A DNA stretch of 64,000 nt from Blastococcus sp. (lineage in GTDB: Bacteria; Actinomycetota; Actinomycetes; Mycobacteriales; Geodermatophilaceae): contig DATHAK010000220.1 of NCBI GenBank assembly GCA_035296685.1, positions 610 through 64,609 of the forward strand, given 5' to 3'. Below the pieces are notes generated by a model. It did not search any database. It was not told the origin of the DNA and was given only the letters and a program-made list of their open reading frames with translations. Every line of letters starts with the position of its first letter. Position 1 is the stretch's first letter. Position numbers and translations under genes: made by a program. Shown here one piece after another: positions 35,461 through 43,776 of this stretch.

Positions 35461-36224
35461 GCGACCAGGACCTCGATCCCCATCGTCTCCAGCTCGGTGA
35501 CGACGCCGGGGTCGGCGCCGTCGTCGGTGACCAGCACGTCGACGTCGGCCACGGCGGCGAACCGCACGAGGTGCTCCCGGCCGAGCTTGCTGCTGTCGGC
35601 CAGCACGATCACCCGCTGGGCGGCCCGCACCATGGCGCGCTTGGTGGCCGCCTCCGCCTCGTCCGGGGTGCTGAAGCCGTGGCCCGCGCTCACCCCGTTG
35701 GTGCCGAGGAAGACGACGTCGACGCGCAGGTCCTCCATCGCGCGGACGGTGGCGTCTCCCACGGCCGTCTGGGTGATGCCGCGCACCCGGCCGCCCAGCA
35801 GGTGCAGGGTGACCATGGGCGAGCCCGAGAGACGTGCCGCGATGGGCACCGAGTTGGTCGCGACGTAGAGCCGGCGGTCGGTGGGCAGCACCTCCGCGAG
35901 CGCCGCCGTGGTGCTGCCCCCGTCGAGGATCACGCTGCCGTCCGGGGCCGGGAGCAGGTCCAGCGCCGTGGCGGCGATCTTCCGCTTCGCCTCGGTGCGG
36001 GTGCCGTGCCGCTCGCCCAGCCCGGGCTCCACGAGGGTCAGCGCCCCGGCCGGCACGGCACCGCCGTGCACGCGGCGCAGCATCCCGGCCCGTTCCAGGA
36101 GTGCCAGGTCGCGGCGGACGGTCTCGGTGGTGACGCCGAACTCCTCGGCCAGGGCGGTCACCGCCAGGCGGCCGCGCTCGGCGACCATTCCGGCGATGGT
36201 GTGCTGACGCTCCTCGGCGTACAC
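35457..36224 (-). CDS. fruR: DeoR/GlpR family regulator
   Basis: MYAEERQ, FGVTTETVRRDL, LDGGST, LADSSK; GGAGG RBS favours GTG 36224. Confidence 0.93.
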   Translation of the reverse strand: MYAEERQHTIAGMVAERGRLAVTALAEEFGVTTETVRRDLALLERAGMLRRVHGGAVPAGALTLVEPGLGERHGTRTEAKRKIAATALDLLPAPDGSVILDGGSTTAALAEVLPTDRRLYVATNSVPIAARLSGSPMVTLHLLGGRVRGITQTAVGDATVRAMEDLRVDVVFLGTNGVSAGHGFSTPDEAEAATKRAMVRAAQRVIVLADSSKLGREHLVRFAAVADVDVLVTDDGADPGVVTELETMGIEVLVA

Positions 36225-36303
36225 GGGCCCCACCCTCCTCCGGCGCTGTGACGTGCACCATGGCGGATGCCCGGATGCGTGGGTTTCAGATTGTGCTTAC
36301 GTT

Positions 36304-36349
36304 GTTTTACGTCCGTTCTGTTGACAAGTCAAGGCCTGTTCGTGACTCT
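36304..36349. promoter_or_regulatory. Overlapping divergent promoters for fruR-fruK-fruA-ptsH and ptsI
   Basis: TTGACAAGTCAA (36321-36332) gives TTGACA on + (N17, GACTCT) and TTGACT on - (N17, TAAAAC). Confidence 0.6.
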
Positions 36350-36437
36350 GGTCACCGCACGGACAATCCCGTCGCGACGAATCCACAGCGACGTTCCCGC
36401 GACCCGCCGCGTCGCCCGTCCTCCAGCGAGGCCCTCC

Positions 36438-38180
36438 ATGTCGACCACCTCCACCACCTCCAGCCTGTCGGGGAACACGGTCGCCGGGCCGGGCTCGCTG
36501 CCTCCCGCCGGCGGCCCCACGGTCCTGACCGGCACGCCCGTCGTCCCGGGTGCGGCGCTGGGTCCCGTGATCCGGCCGGCCGGTGCGGTGCAGTTGCCGT
36601 CGGAGGACCAGCCCGACGTCGCCGAGGCCGATCGCGCCGCCGAACGGGAGCGCTTCGTCGCGGCGGCCGAGACCGTCGCCGGCCGGCTGGCCGACCGCGC
36701 GGCGGCCGCGACCGGGGTGAGCGCGGAGGTGCTCTCGACCACCGCCGGCCTCGCCCGGGACCGCGGGCTGCTGTCGGCGGTCGAGCAGCGGATCGACGGC
36801 GGCACGCCGGCGGCGGCCGCCACCGTCCAGGCCGCACAGCAGTTCGTCGACCTGTTCACCTCGCTGGGCGGCCTCATGGCCGAGCGGGTCACGGACGTCC
36901 GCGACATCCGCGACCGGATCGTCGCCCAGCTGACCGGTCAGGGTGAGCCCGGCGTCCCGGACCCCGAGGTGCCGTCGGTGCTGCTGGCCGACGACCTCGC
37001 GCCCGCCGACACGGCAGGGCTCGACCCCACCCGGGTCATCGGCCTGGCCACCCGCCTCGGTGGAACGACCAGCCACACCGCGATCATCGCCCGCCAGCTC
37101 GGCCTGCCCTGCGTCGTGGCGGTCGGCGGCCTCGACGACGTCCCCGAGGGGGTGACGGTGCTGCTCGACGGCGACCAGGGCACGGTGACAGTGGACCCGG
37201 ACCCGGACGAGGCCCGCATCCGCGTGCAGGCGGCCCGGACGGCCGCCGAGCTCCTGGCCACCTACTCGGGTCCCGCCACGACCAGGGACGGGCAGGCTGT
37301 CGCGGTGCTGGCCAACGTGCAGGACGGCGCCGGTGCCCGTGCCGCGGTCGCCGCGCACGCCGAGGGTGTCGGGTTGCTCCGCACCGAGCTGGCCTTCCTC
37401 GGCCGGGCCCAGGAGCCCTCGGTCGAGGAGCAGGCAGCCGGATACGCCGAGGTGTTCGAGGCGTTCGCGGGACGCAAGGTCGTGCTGCGCACGCTCGACG
37501 CGGGATCGGACAAGCCGCTGGCCTTCGCCACCGCGCCCGACGAGCCGAACCCGTCGCTCGGCGTCCGGGGGCTGCGGGTGGCCCGCGGCAACCCGGGCAT
37601 CCTCGAGCGGCAGCTGGACGCGGTGGCCGAGGCGGCACGGCGGACCAGCTCGACTCCCTGGGTGATGGCTCCCATGGTGGCGACCGTGCCGGAGGCGGCG
37701 GAGTTCGCGGCTGCCGTCCGGGCCCGGGGCCTGGTGCCCGGCGTCATGATCGAGGTGCCGTCGGCCGCGCTGCACGCCGACCGGCTGCTCGAACACGTCG
37801 ACTTCCTGTCGATCGGCACCAACGACCTCTCGCAGTACACGCTGGCCGCCGACCGGCTGTCGGCCGACCTGGCCGACCTGACCGACCCGTGGCAGCCCGC
37901 GCTGCTGCTCCTGGTGTCCATGACCGCGGATGCCGGCAAGCGGAAGGGCAAGCCGGTCGGCGTGTGCGGTGAGGCCGCCGCCGATCCGTTGCTCGCCTGC
38001 GTCCTCGTGGGCCTGGGCATCACGTCGTTGTCCTGTGCCGCCTCGGCCGTCGCCGGGGTGGGCGCGCGGTTGGCGACGGTCGACCTGGCCACCTGCCAGG
38101 AGGCCGCGGCCGCGGCTCTGGCGGCCGACGACCCGATGGGCGCGCGGGCAGCGGCGCGCGTGGTCCTCGAGGGGGCGTGA
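36438..38180 (+). CDS. ptsI: PTS enzyme I (PEP-protein phosphotransferase)
   Basis: GGTTSHTAI (phospho-His), GLLRTE, RTLDAGSDK, MIEVP, SIGTNDLSQY, GVCGE. Confidence 0.96.
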   Translation: MSTTSTTSSLSGNTVAGPGSLPPAGGPTVLTGTPVVPGAALGPVIRPAGAVQLPSEDQPDVAEADRAAERERFVAAAETVAGRLADRAAAATGVSAEVLSTTAGLARDRGLLSAVEQRIDGGTPAAAATVQAAQQFVDLFTSLGGLMAERVTDVRDIRDRIVAQLTGQGEPGVPDPEVPSVLLADDLAPADTAGLDPTRVIGLATRLGGTTSHTAIIARQLGLPCVVAVGGLDDVPEGVTVLLDGDQGTVTVDPDPDEARIRVQAARTAAELLATYSGPATTRDGQAVAVLANVQDGAGARAAVAAHAEGVGLLRTELAFLGRAQEPSVEEQAAGYAEVFEAFAGRKVVLRTLDAGSDKPLAFATAPDEPNPSLGVRGLRVARGNPGILERQLDAVAEAARRTSSTPWVMAPMVATVPEAAEFAAAVRARGLVPGVMIEVPSAALHADRLLEHVDFLSIGTNDLSQYTLAADRLSADLADLTDPWQPALLLLVSMTADAGKRKGKPVGVCGEAAADPLLACVLVGLGITSLSCAASAVAGVGARLATVDLATCQEAAAAALAADDPMGARAAARVVLEGA

Positions 38181-38313
38181 CCGGTCTCTCACCCATTCGA
38201 GGGGGAAAGCTTCGGATTCAGCTCGATTTTGCCTGCGTTTCGTCGGAATAACTTCGTCTCCGCCTGCTTTACTACGGGTGTACCTCCGCGAAGTTCCGAA
38301 GAAAGGCACCACG

Positions 38314-38463
38314 ATGAGCAGCGTGACGTCCAGCTGGCGGCAGCGTCGACAGGCCGCGCGTACCCGGCGCGCCCTCGACCGGGCGCTCGCCCGCACGAGC
38401 AGCCCGGCGATGCGTGACGAGCTCCTGACGCTCGCCAACGGCAGCGACTTCCTCGGTCGCTGA
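38314..38463 (+). CDS. Small basic hypothetical protein (49 aa)
   Basis: MSSVTSSWRQRRQAARTRRALDRALARTSSPAMRDELLTLANGSDFLGR; AGAAAGG RBS; own terminator. Confidence 0.75.
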   Translation: MSSVTSSWRQRRQAARTRRALDRALARTSSPAMRDELLTLANGSDFLGR

Positions 38464-38496
38464 CCCGCCGCGCCCCCGGGCGCGGCACGCCGACAT

Positions 38497-38528
38497 CGAC
38501 CCCGGCCTCCATGCGGAGGCCGGGGTCG
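38497..38528. terminator. Terminator hairpin
   Basis: CGACCCCGGCCTCC-ATGC-GGAGGCCGGGGTCG perfect 14 bp stem between convergent genes. Confidence 0.85.
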
Positions 38529-38553
38529 TCTGCTGTCCGCCCGACGAGCGGGG

Positions 38554-39387
38554 TCAGTCGCGCAGCCGCGCGCGCAGTGCCGCCTGCTCGTCGGCGCCGA
38601 ACCCATGGCTGTCCAGCCAGCCCGCGGCGCCCCCGAACCGCTCGTCGAGCAGGGTGAGCACCCGGTCCATCGTCTCCGCCCGAGGCGTGTGGCTGGCGAC
38701 GTCGCGCTGCTCCATGTCCTCGGCGTACGTGGGTGACGCGGCGAGCTTCGCCACGAGCGCGTCGATCACGTCGGCGGTCAGCGCGTAGTCGGCCACGATC
38801 TCCTCGTGGCCCACGCCGGCTACGGCGAGGGCCAGCGCGACCACGACCCCGGTGCGGTCCTTGCCGGCGGCGCAGTGCACGACCGAGGCGCCGGGGCCCG
38901 CCGTCGCGAGCGCCCGCAGGGCAGCCACCACGTTGTCGGCCCGGTCGCTGAGGTAGCCGAGGTAGGACCGCACCGCCGGTGGCTCCTCGCGGTCGTGCTC
39001 CGCGGTCTGCCGCGGCAGCAGCGACTCGACCCAGTCGGCCGGCAGGTCGTGGACCGGGTCGTCCTCCTCCACGGCGAAGACGTCGGTGTGGTGCCCGCGC
39101 TCCGGCAGCAGGCTGAAGTGCTGGTGGACGACGTCGTCGACGTCGCGGAGCGGTCCCCGCCCCTCCAGGAGAATCTCGGCGGTCGTGCGCAGGTCGATCA
39201 CCTGGCGCAGTCCGATCTCGTCCACCAGCCGGCGGACGTCCTCCGGGCTCAGCGTCTGCAGGTTGTCGCTGCGCAGGACGCGGCCGGCGACCGTGCGCCC
39301 GCCGTCCGTGGTCGGCAGGCCCCCGAGGTCGCGGGTGTTGGTGGTGCCGTCGAGCCGCACCCAGCGGCCGGTGCGGGTGGAAGTCAC
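38554..39387 (-). CDS. Tyrosine-protein phosphatase (IphP/PtpB-like)
   Basis: NTRDLGG, VIDLR, VHCAAGKDRTG (CX5R), ADYALT. Confidence 0.93.
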   Translation of the reverse strand: MTSTRTGRWVRLDGTTNTRDLGGLPTTDGGRTVAGRVLRSDNLQTLSPEDVRRLVDEIGLRQVIDLRTTAEILLEGRGPLRDVDDVVHQHFSLLPERGHHTDVFAVEEDDPVHDLPADWVESLLPRQTAEHDREEPPAVRSYLGYLSDRADNVVAALRALATAGPGASVVHCAAGKDRTGVVVALALAVAGVGHEEIVADYALTADVIDALVAKLAASPTYAEDMEQRDVASHTPRAETMDRVLTLLDERFGGAAGWLDSHGFGADEQAALRARLRD

Positions 39388-39430
39388 GAGCCCGACGGTA
39401 CTTCGGCGCCGGGACGACGGAGGTGCTGCC

Positions 39431-40291
39431 TCAGGCCAGCTCGTTCGTTACGTCGAGGAGTCGCTGCCGGAGGACGGCACCGCGCTCGGCGAACGTCCGC
39501 TGGGCGGTCACGTACTCCGCCTTGCCCTCGGGCGTCTCGATCGCGACCGGGGCGTAGCCGTGGTCGCGGAGGTCGTAGGGGGAGGCCCGCATGTCCAGCT
39601 CCCGGATCTCCGCCGCGAGCTCGAGGCAGTCGGCCACCAGCTCACCCGGCGTGGCCGGGCTGAGCTTGTAGGCCCACTTGTAGAGGTCCATGCCGGCGTG
39701 CAGGCAGCCCGGTTGCTCGAGCGCGGGCTGCGTCTCCCGCGTCGGCTGCACACGGTTGCGGCCCACCGCCGCCGGTGTAAAGAACCGGAAGGCGTCGTAG
39801 TGCGTGCACCGGATCGGGTGCGCCTCGACGACGGCGTCGGTGCCCTCGGGGCCCAGCCGGAGCGGCACCGCGTGCCGGGTCTGCCGGTCGCGGTAGACCA
39901 TCGCCCACTCGTGCAGGCCGAAGCAGCCGGTGGACGGCGGCCGGGACGCCGTGGCGGCGAGCAGCCGGCGGGCGAACGCGACGGTGTCGCGGCGGTCGGC
40001 CAGGAACGCCGGGACGTCCAGGCGCACCGTGCCGTCGGCGTCGGCCCGGTACCAGCGCCATCCCTCGTGCGGCGCGGGCCCGGCCAGGGCGACGCCCGGA
40101 CCCGGGTGCCAGCGGCGCAACCGGCCGGGGGTCTCCGAGTAGTAGGTGAAGAGGAAGTCGAGCACCGGGTGCGGTTGACCCCGCCGCCGACGCTCCAGGT
40201 GCGGCGTCACCCAGCGGTCGACGCGCGCCTCGTGTGCCGCGGCCCGCGCCGTCCACTCCTCCACCGCGAGGCGGGTCAGGACGCCGGGCAT
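39431..40291 (-). CDS. Conserved actinobacterial protein (often labelled 3-methyladenine DNA glycosylase)
   Basis: HPVLDFLFTYY, GCFGLHEWAMVYR, CTHYDAFRFF, QPGCLHAGMDLYKW, DMRASPYDL; leaderless TACGCT -10. Confidence 0.85.
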   Translation of the reverse strand: MPGVLTRLAVEEWTARAAAHEARVDRWVTPHLERRRRGQPHPVLDFLFTYYSETPGRLRRWHPGPGVALAGPAPHEGWRWYRADADGTVRLDVPAFLADRRDTVAFARRLLAATASRPPSTGCFGLHEWAMVYRDRQTRHAVPLRLGPEGTDAVVEAHPIRCTHYDAFRFFTPAAVGRNRVQPTRETQPALEQPGCLHAGMDLYKWAYKLSPATPGELVADCLELAAEIRELDMRASPYDLRDHGYAPVAIETPEGKAEYVTAQRTFAERGAVLRQRLLDVTNELA

Positions 40292-40310
40292 CCCGCCAGC
40301 GTAGGTGGCG

Positions 40311-40363
40311 CCCCTCCGGGGCACCGCCGCGAGCTTGCGAGGGGGTGGGGAGGAGGGGGTCCT
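40311..40363 (-). repeat. Structured ~55 bp intergenic repeat, copy C
   Basis: AGGAC-CCCCTCC-TCCCCACCCCC-TCGCAAGCTC-GCGGCGGTGCCCC-GGAGGGG. Confidence 0.86.
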
Positions 40364-40366
40364 TGT

Positions 40367-42304
40367 TCAGTCGGAGACCGCGCCGGTGAGCCGGTGCAAC
40401 CGCAGCGCGAGCTGCACCTCCAGCGCCCGTTCCGGGGTGTTCCAGTCCTTGCCCAGGAGCCGGCCCACCCGCTCCAGCCGCTGGCTGACCGTGTTCACGT
40501 GCACCCGCAGCGCCTCGGCGGCGCGGGCCGGCGAGCCGCCGCTGTCGAAGAACGCCTGCAGCGTGCCGACCAGGTCGGTCCCGCGGCGCTCGTCGTACTC
40601 GAGGACCGGGGCCAGGGTCGCCGTCACGAAGCCGCCGACGTCCCGCCCCTCCCCCACCAGCAGGCCGAAGAAGCCCAGCTCGGCCGCGCTGGCCGCGCCG
40701 CCGGTCCGGCCCAGTGCGACCAGCGTGGCCGCGCACCGGGTGGCCTCGGCGTGGGCCGGTGCGATCGCGGCCGGTCCCTGGGCCGGTCCCGCGCCGCCGA
40801 CGGTCACCGGGCCTCCGCCGGCGCTGGTCAGCTCGCGGCAGACGGCGGCCGCGGCGGCTCCCGGCTCGGCATCGGGCAGGCACAGGACGATCTCGCCGTC
40901 GTGGGTGCCTGCCAGTCCACCGCGGGTGGCGGCCAGGTGCGTGGCGGCGGCGAGCACCCGGGCACGGCCTCGGTCGTCGGTGCGCGTCACGAGAACGGCG
41001 TGCGGGCGGTCGAGATCGGCGCCGAGCCGCCGCGCCCGCTCCCGCAGCCCCTCCGGATCGCGGCCCGAGGAGGTCAGGAGCTCCTCGAGGAGCTCGCCGC
41101 GGACCCGGTTCTCCGCCTCGCCCGCGGTCCGCCGGATGAGCAGCAGGAGCGCGGTCACCAGGGCCGCGCGCTCGAGGATGCGCTGGTCGGAGTCGGAGAG
41201 ATCCTCGTCCCGCTGCAGCACCAGACCGCCCAGCAGGTCGCTGCCGACCGTGACGGCGGCGATCCACCAGCTGCCGTCGCGGACGGTCCGACCCGTGGTG
41301 CGGGCCTGCACCAGTGCGCCGGCCGGGTCGGGCGGCAGCGCCGCCGCGGACTCCTCGGCCGGGGTGGCGCGGCCCTCCTCGTCGATCACGGTGATGGTGC
41401 CGCCCAGGGCCTCGGTGACCGCCTCCGCGACGTCCTCCACCCCGCCGCCGCGCAGGACGACGTCGATGAACCGGTCGTGGGCGCCGGCGGCGCGCTCCAC
41501 GGAGGCGGTGTGCGCCCGCAGCTCCCGGCTGGCCGCCGACAGCTCGTCCAGTGCGGCCCGCGTCTCCTCCAGCAGCCGCGCGTTGTCCAGGGCGATGGCG
41601 GCGTGGGCGGCCAGCGAGCCCAGCAGCGACACCTCCGAGCGGTCGAAGGTGCGCTCGGAACGGTCGGCGGCGTAGAGCACGCCGATGACCTGCGATCCCC
41701 GGATCAGCGGAACGCCGAGGATCGCGACGAGCCCCTCGTCCCGGACGCCGTTGTTGATCTCGTCGGTGTGCTTGAACCGGGCGTCGGTGAAGTAGCTGGC
41801 GGTGGCGTAGGGCGCCGCGGTCTGGGCGACCAGCCCGCCGAGCCCCGCGCCCAGGGGCAGCCGCAGGGCCTGGAAGCGGGCGGACACCGAGCCGTCGGTC
41901 ACGCGCATGTAGGTGTGGCGGCGGGCGCCGTCGTTGAGGGTCAGGTAGGAGACATCGGTACCCAGCAGCTGGCGGGCCCGGCGGACGATCGCGGTGAGCA
42001 CGGAGTCGACGCCGCGCAGGGCGGCGAGGTCCCCCGCGGTGTCGAAGAGGGCCGAGAGCTCCGACTCCCGGCGGCGGCGGGCCGCGAACGCCTCCCGGAC
42101 CTGCAGCGCCAGCAGCTTCACCCGCTCCAGCTCGGCGAGCTCGTCGGCATCGGCCCCGGCCGCCCGGGCGCGGACCAGCGGGCGTTCGTAGGCGATCGCC
42201 GCGGCGTCGTCGAGGAGCAGCTCGAAGTACTCGGCCGCGCACCCGGAGGCCGACGGGGGCGGGCTCGCCGACCGCGCGTCGCCGGGGGCCGTCGGCCGGG
42301 ACAC
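40367..42304 (-). CDS. GAF domain + PucR/CdaR C-terminal HTH regulator
   Basis: GAF (GLGGLVAQ, EGLVAILGVPL..VIGVLYAADR) and C-terminal YDERRGTDLVGTL..AAEALRVHVNTVSQRL; start uncertain. Confidence 0.9.
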   Translation of the reverse strand: MSRPTAPGDARSASPPPSASGCAAEYFELLLDDAAAIAYERPLVRARAAGADADELAELERVKLLALQVREAFAARRRRESELSALFDTAGDLAALRGVDSVLTAIVRRARQLLGTDVSYLTLNDGARRHTYMRVTDGSVSARFQALRLPLGAGLGGLVAQTAAPYATASYFTDARFKHTDEINNGVRDEGLVAILGVPLIRGSQVIGVLYAADRSERTFDRSEVSLLGSLAAHAAIALDNARLLEETRAALDELSAASRELRAHTASVERAAGAHDRFIDVVLRGGGVEDVAEAVTEALGGTITVIDEEGRATPAEESAAALPPDPAGALVQARTTGRTVRDGSWWIAAVTVGSDLLGGLVLQRDEDLSDSDQRILERAALVTALLLLIRRTAGEAENRVRGELLEELLTSSGRDPEGLRERARRLGADLDRPHAVLVTRTDDRGRARVLAAATHLAATRGGLAGTHDGEIVLCLPDAEPGAAAAAVCRELTSAGGGPVTVGGAGPAQGPAAIAPAHAEATRCAATLVALGRTGGAASAAELGFFGLLVGEGRDVGGFVTATLAPVLEYDERRGTDLVGTLQAFFDSGGSPARAAEALRVHVNTVSQRLERVGRLLGKDWNTPERALEVQLALRLHRLTGAVSD

Positions 42305-42330
42305 GGGTCCCGTCCTCGCCGGTCGGGGGG

Positions 42331-43086
42331 TCAATGGGCGCTCCAGCCGCCGTCCATCACCAGCGAGGTGCCGGTGATCGAGGCCGCCGCGGGGCAGCAC
42401 AGGAACGCGACGGCCTCGGCTACCTCCTCCGGCTCGATCAGCCGCTTGACGGCCGCCGGGGCGAGCATGACCTTCTCCACGACCTCGTCCTCGGAGAGGC
42501 CGTGGGCCCTGGCCTGGTCGGCGATCTGGCCCTCGACCAGCGGTGTCCGCACGTAGGCCGGGTTCACGCAGTTCGACGTGACGCCGTGCTCGGCCCCCTC
42601 CAGGGCGATCACCTTCGACAGCCCCTCGAGCCCGTGCTTGGCGGTCACGTAGGCGGACTTGAACGGCGAGGCCCGCAGGCCGTGGACGGAGCTGATGTTG
42701 ATGACGCGACCCCAGCCCTGCCCGTACATGTGCGGGAGCGCGCCCCGGACCAGCCGGAACGGCGCCTCGAGCATGAGCCGCAGGATGTAGGAGAACCGGT
42801 CGACCGGGAAGTCCTGCAGCGGCGCCACGTGCTGCAGTCCGGCGTTGTTGACCACGACGTCCACGGCGAGGTCGAGCGCGTCGACGGCGTCCAGGTCGGA
42901 GAGGTCGACGGCGACCGCGGTCCCGCGCACCGCGTCGGCGACCGCCTCGGCCGCCTCGGCGTCCCGGTCGACGACGACGACGTCCGCCCCGGCCGCGGCC
43001 AGCCGGACGGCGCAGGCCCGGCCGATACCGGAGGCGCCCCCGGTGATGAGGGCGCGCCGTCCGCGTAGGACATCGTCAGTCGTCAC
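42331..43086 (-). CDS. bdh: 3-hydroxybutyrate dehydrogenase (SDR)
   Basis: TGGASGIG, NNAGLQHVAP, SVHGLRASPFKSAYVTAKHGL, VRTPLVEGQI. Confidence 0.93.
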   Translation of the reverse strand: MTTDDVLRGRRALITGGASGIGRACAVRLAAAGADVVVVDRDAEAAEAVADAVRGTAVAVDLSDLDAVDALDLAVDVVVNNAGLQHVAPLQDFPVDRFSYILRLMLEAPFRLVRGALPHMYGQGWGRVINISSVHGLRASPFKSAYVTAKHGLEGLSKVIALEGAEHGVTSNCVNPAYVRTPLVEGQIADQARAHGLSEDEVVEKVMLAPAAVKRLIEPEEVAEAVAFLCCPAAASITGTSLVMDGGWSAH

Positions 43087-43176
43087 GCCGAGGACGGTAT
43101 GCGGTTCCGGTGACCGGGCCCACAGGGTTCCCCCACACGGCGTGACACGGACGGGTGGTGCCGACCCACATCACGG

Positions 43177-43356
43177 TCAGTCGGGCTCGTTGCCCGGGCG
43201 CATCACCCCGTCGTCCTCTTGGGCCTCGTCGTCGGTGGTGAGGGTGGCCGAGCCGGCCGTGCTGTTCTCCTGCTGGCCCTCGACCTGCTCGCTGCCGGGG
43301 GCGACGTCGCCGTCGGAGGTGTCGGGGGACTCCCCGTAGCCGGTGGGTTCGCTCAT
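43177..43356 (-). CDS. Small acidic hypothetical protein (59 aa)
   Basis: MSEPTGYGESPD...MRPGNEPD; GC3-rich codons; GGGCAT 9 nt upstream. Confidence 0.65.
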   Translation of the reverse strand: MSEPTGYGESPDTSDGDVAPGSEQVEGQQENSTAGSATLTTDDEAQEDDGVMRPGNEPD

Positions 43357-43363
43357 GGGGCTG

Positions 43364-43579
43364 TCATGCCCCGCCGGGCGGGTCGGCACGCTGCGAGAGA
43401 GCGACATCGTCGTCGGCCTTGGCCGGCAGGTCGTCGTCCGAGGCGGCGTCCCGCTCCACCGCGTCCTCGCGGGTGAGGGGGACGTCCTCGAACGCGGAGC
43501 CCGTGCTGCTGTTGTCCCCCGTCCCCGAGGCGGTGGGGATGTCCTGCTGGATGCGGTCGCTGCCCTGTGGGTCGCTCAC
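43364..43579 (-). CDS. Small acidic hypothetical protein (71 aa)
   Basis: MSDPQGSDRIQQD...DPPGGA; GGGAGG RBS before GTG; SigB/F-type promoter. Confidence 0.72.
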   Translation of the reverse strand: MSDPQGSDRIQQDIPTASGTGDNSSTGSAFEDVPLTREDAVERDAASDDDLPAKADDDVALSQRADPPGGA

Positions 43580-43612
43580 GGATGCCTCCCGTGGTCCGGT
43601 GGTGCCGCGACC

Positions 43613-43637
43613 ATGCCCGCGCACCGGGCCGCGAAAC
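43613..43637 (-). promoter_or_regulatory. SigB/SigF-type promoter
   Basis: GTTT-N15-GGGCAT. Confidence 0.65.
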
Positions 43638-43776
43638 GACGACGGCCGCCTCCACGTCGGTGGGGAGGCGGCCGTCGAGCAGGGTGGGGACCCGGAGGGT
43701 TCCCCGAGGCGAGACGAGGGGGCTCAGCGCAGCAGGGGCACGGCACCTGGCCGCGGTGTCGTCCGGAGGACGACGA

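Noticed and set aside
39431-40291. Functional call as 3-methyladenine DNA glycosylase
   Set aside because: No recognisable glycosylase motifs; kept as a conserved protein of unknown function.
4839-40363. The four 55 bp repeats as a CRISPR array or IS ends
   Set aside because: They are kilobases apart with no spacers, cas genes or enclosed transposase.
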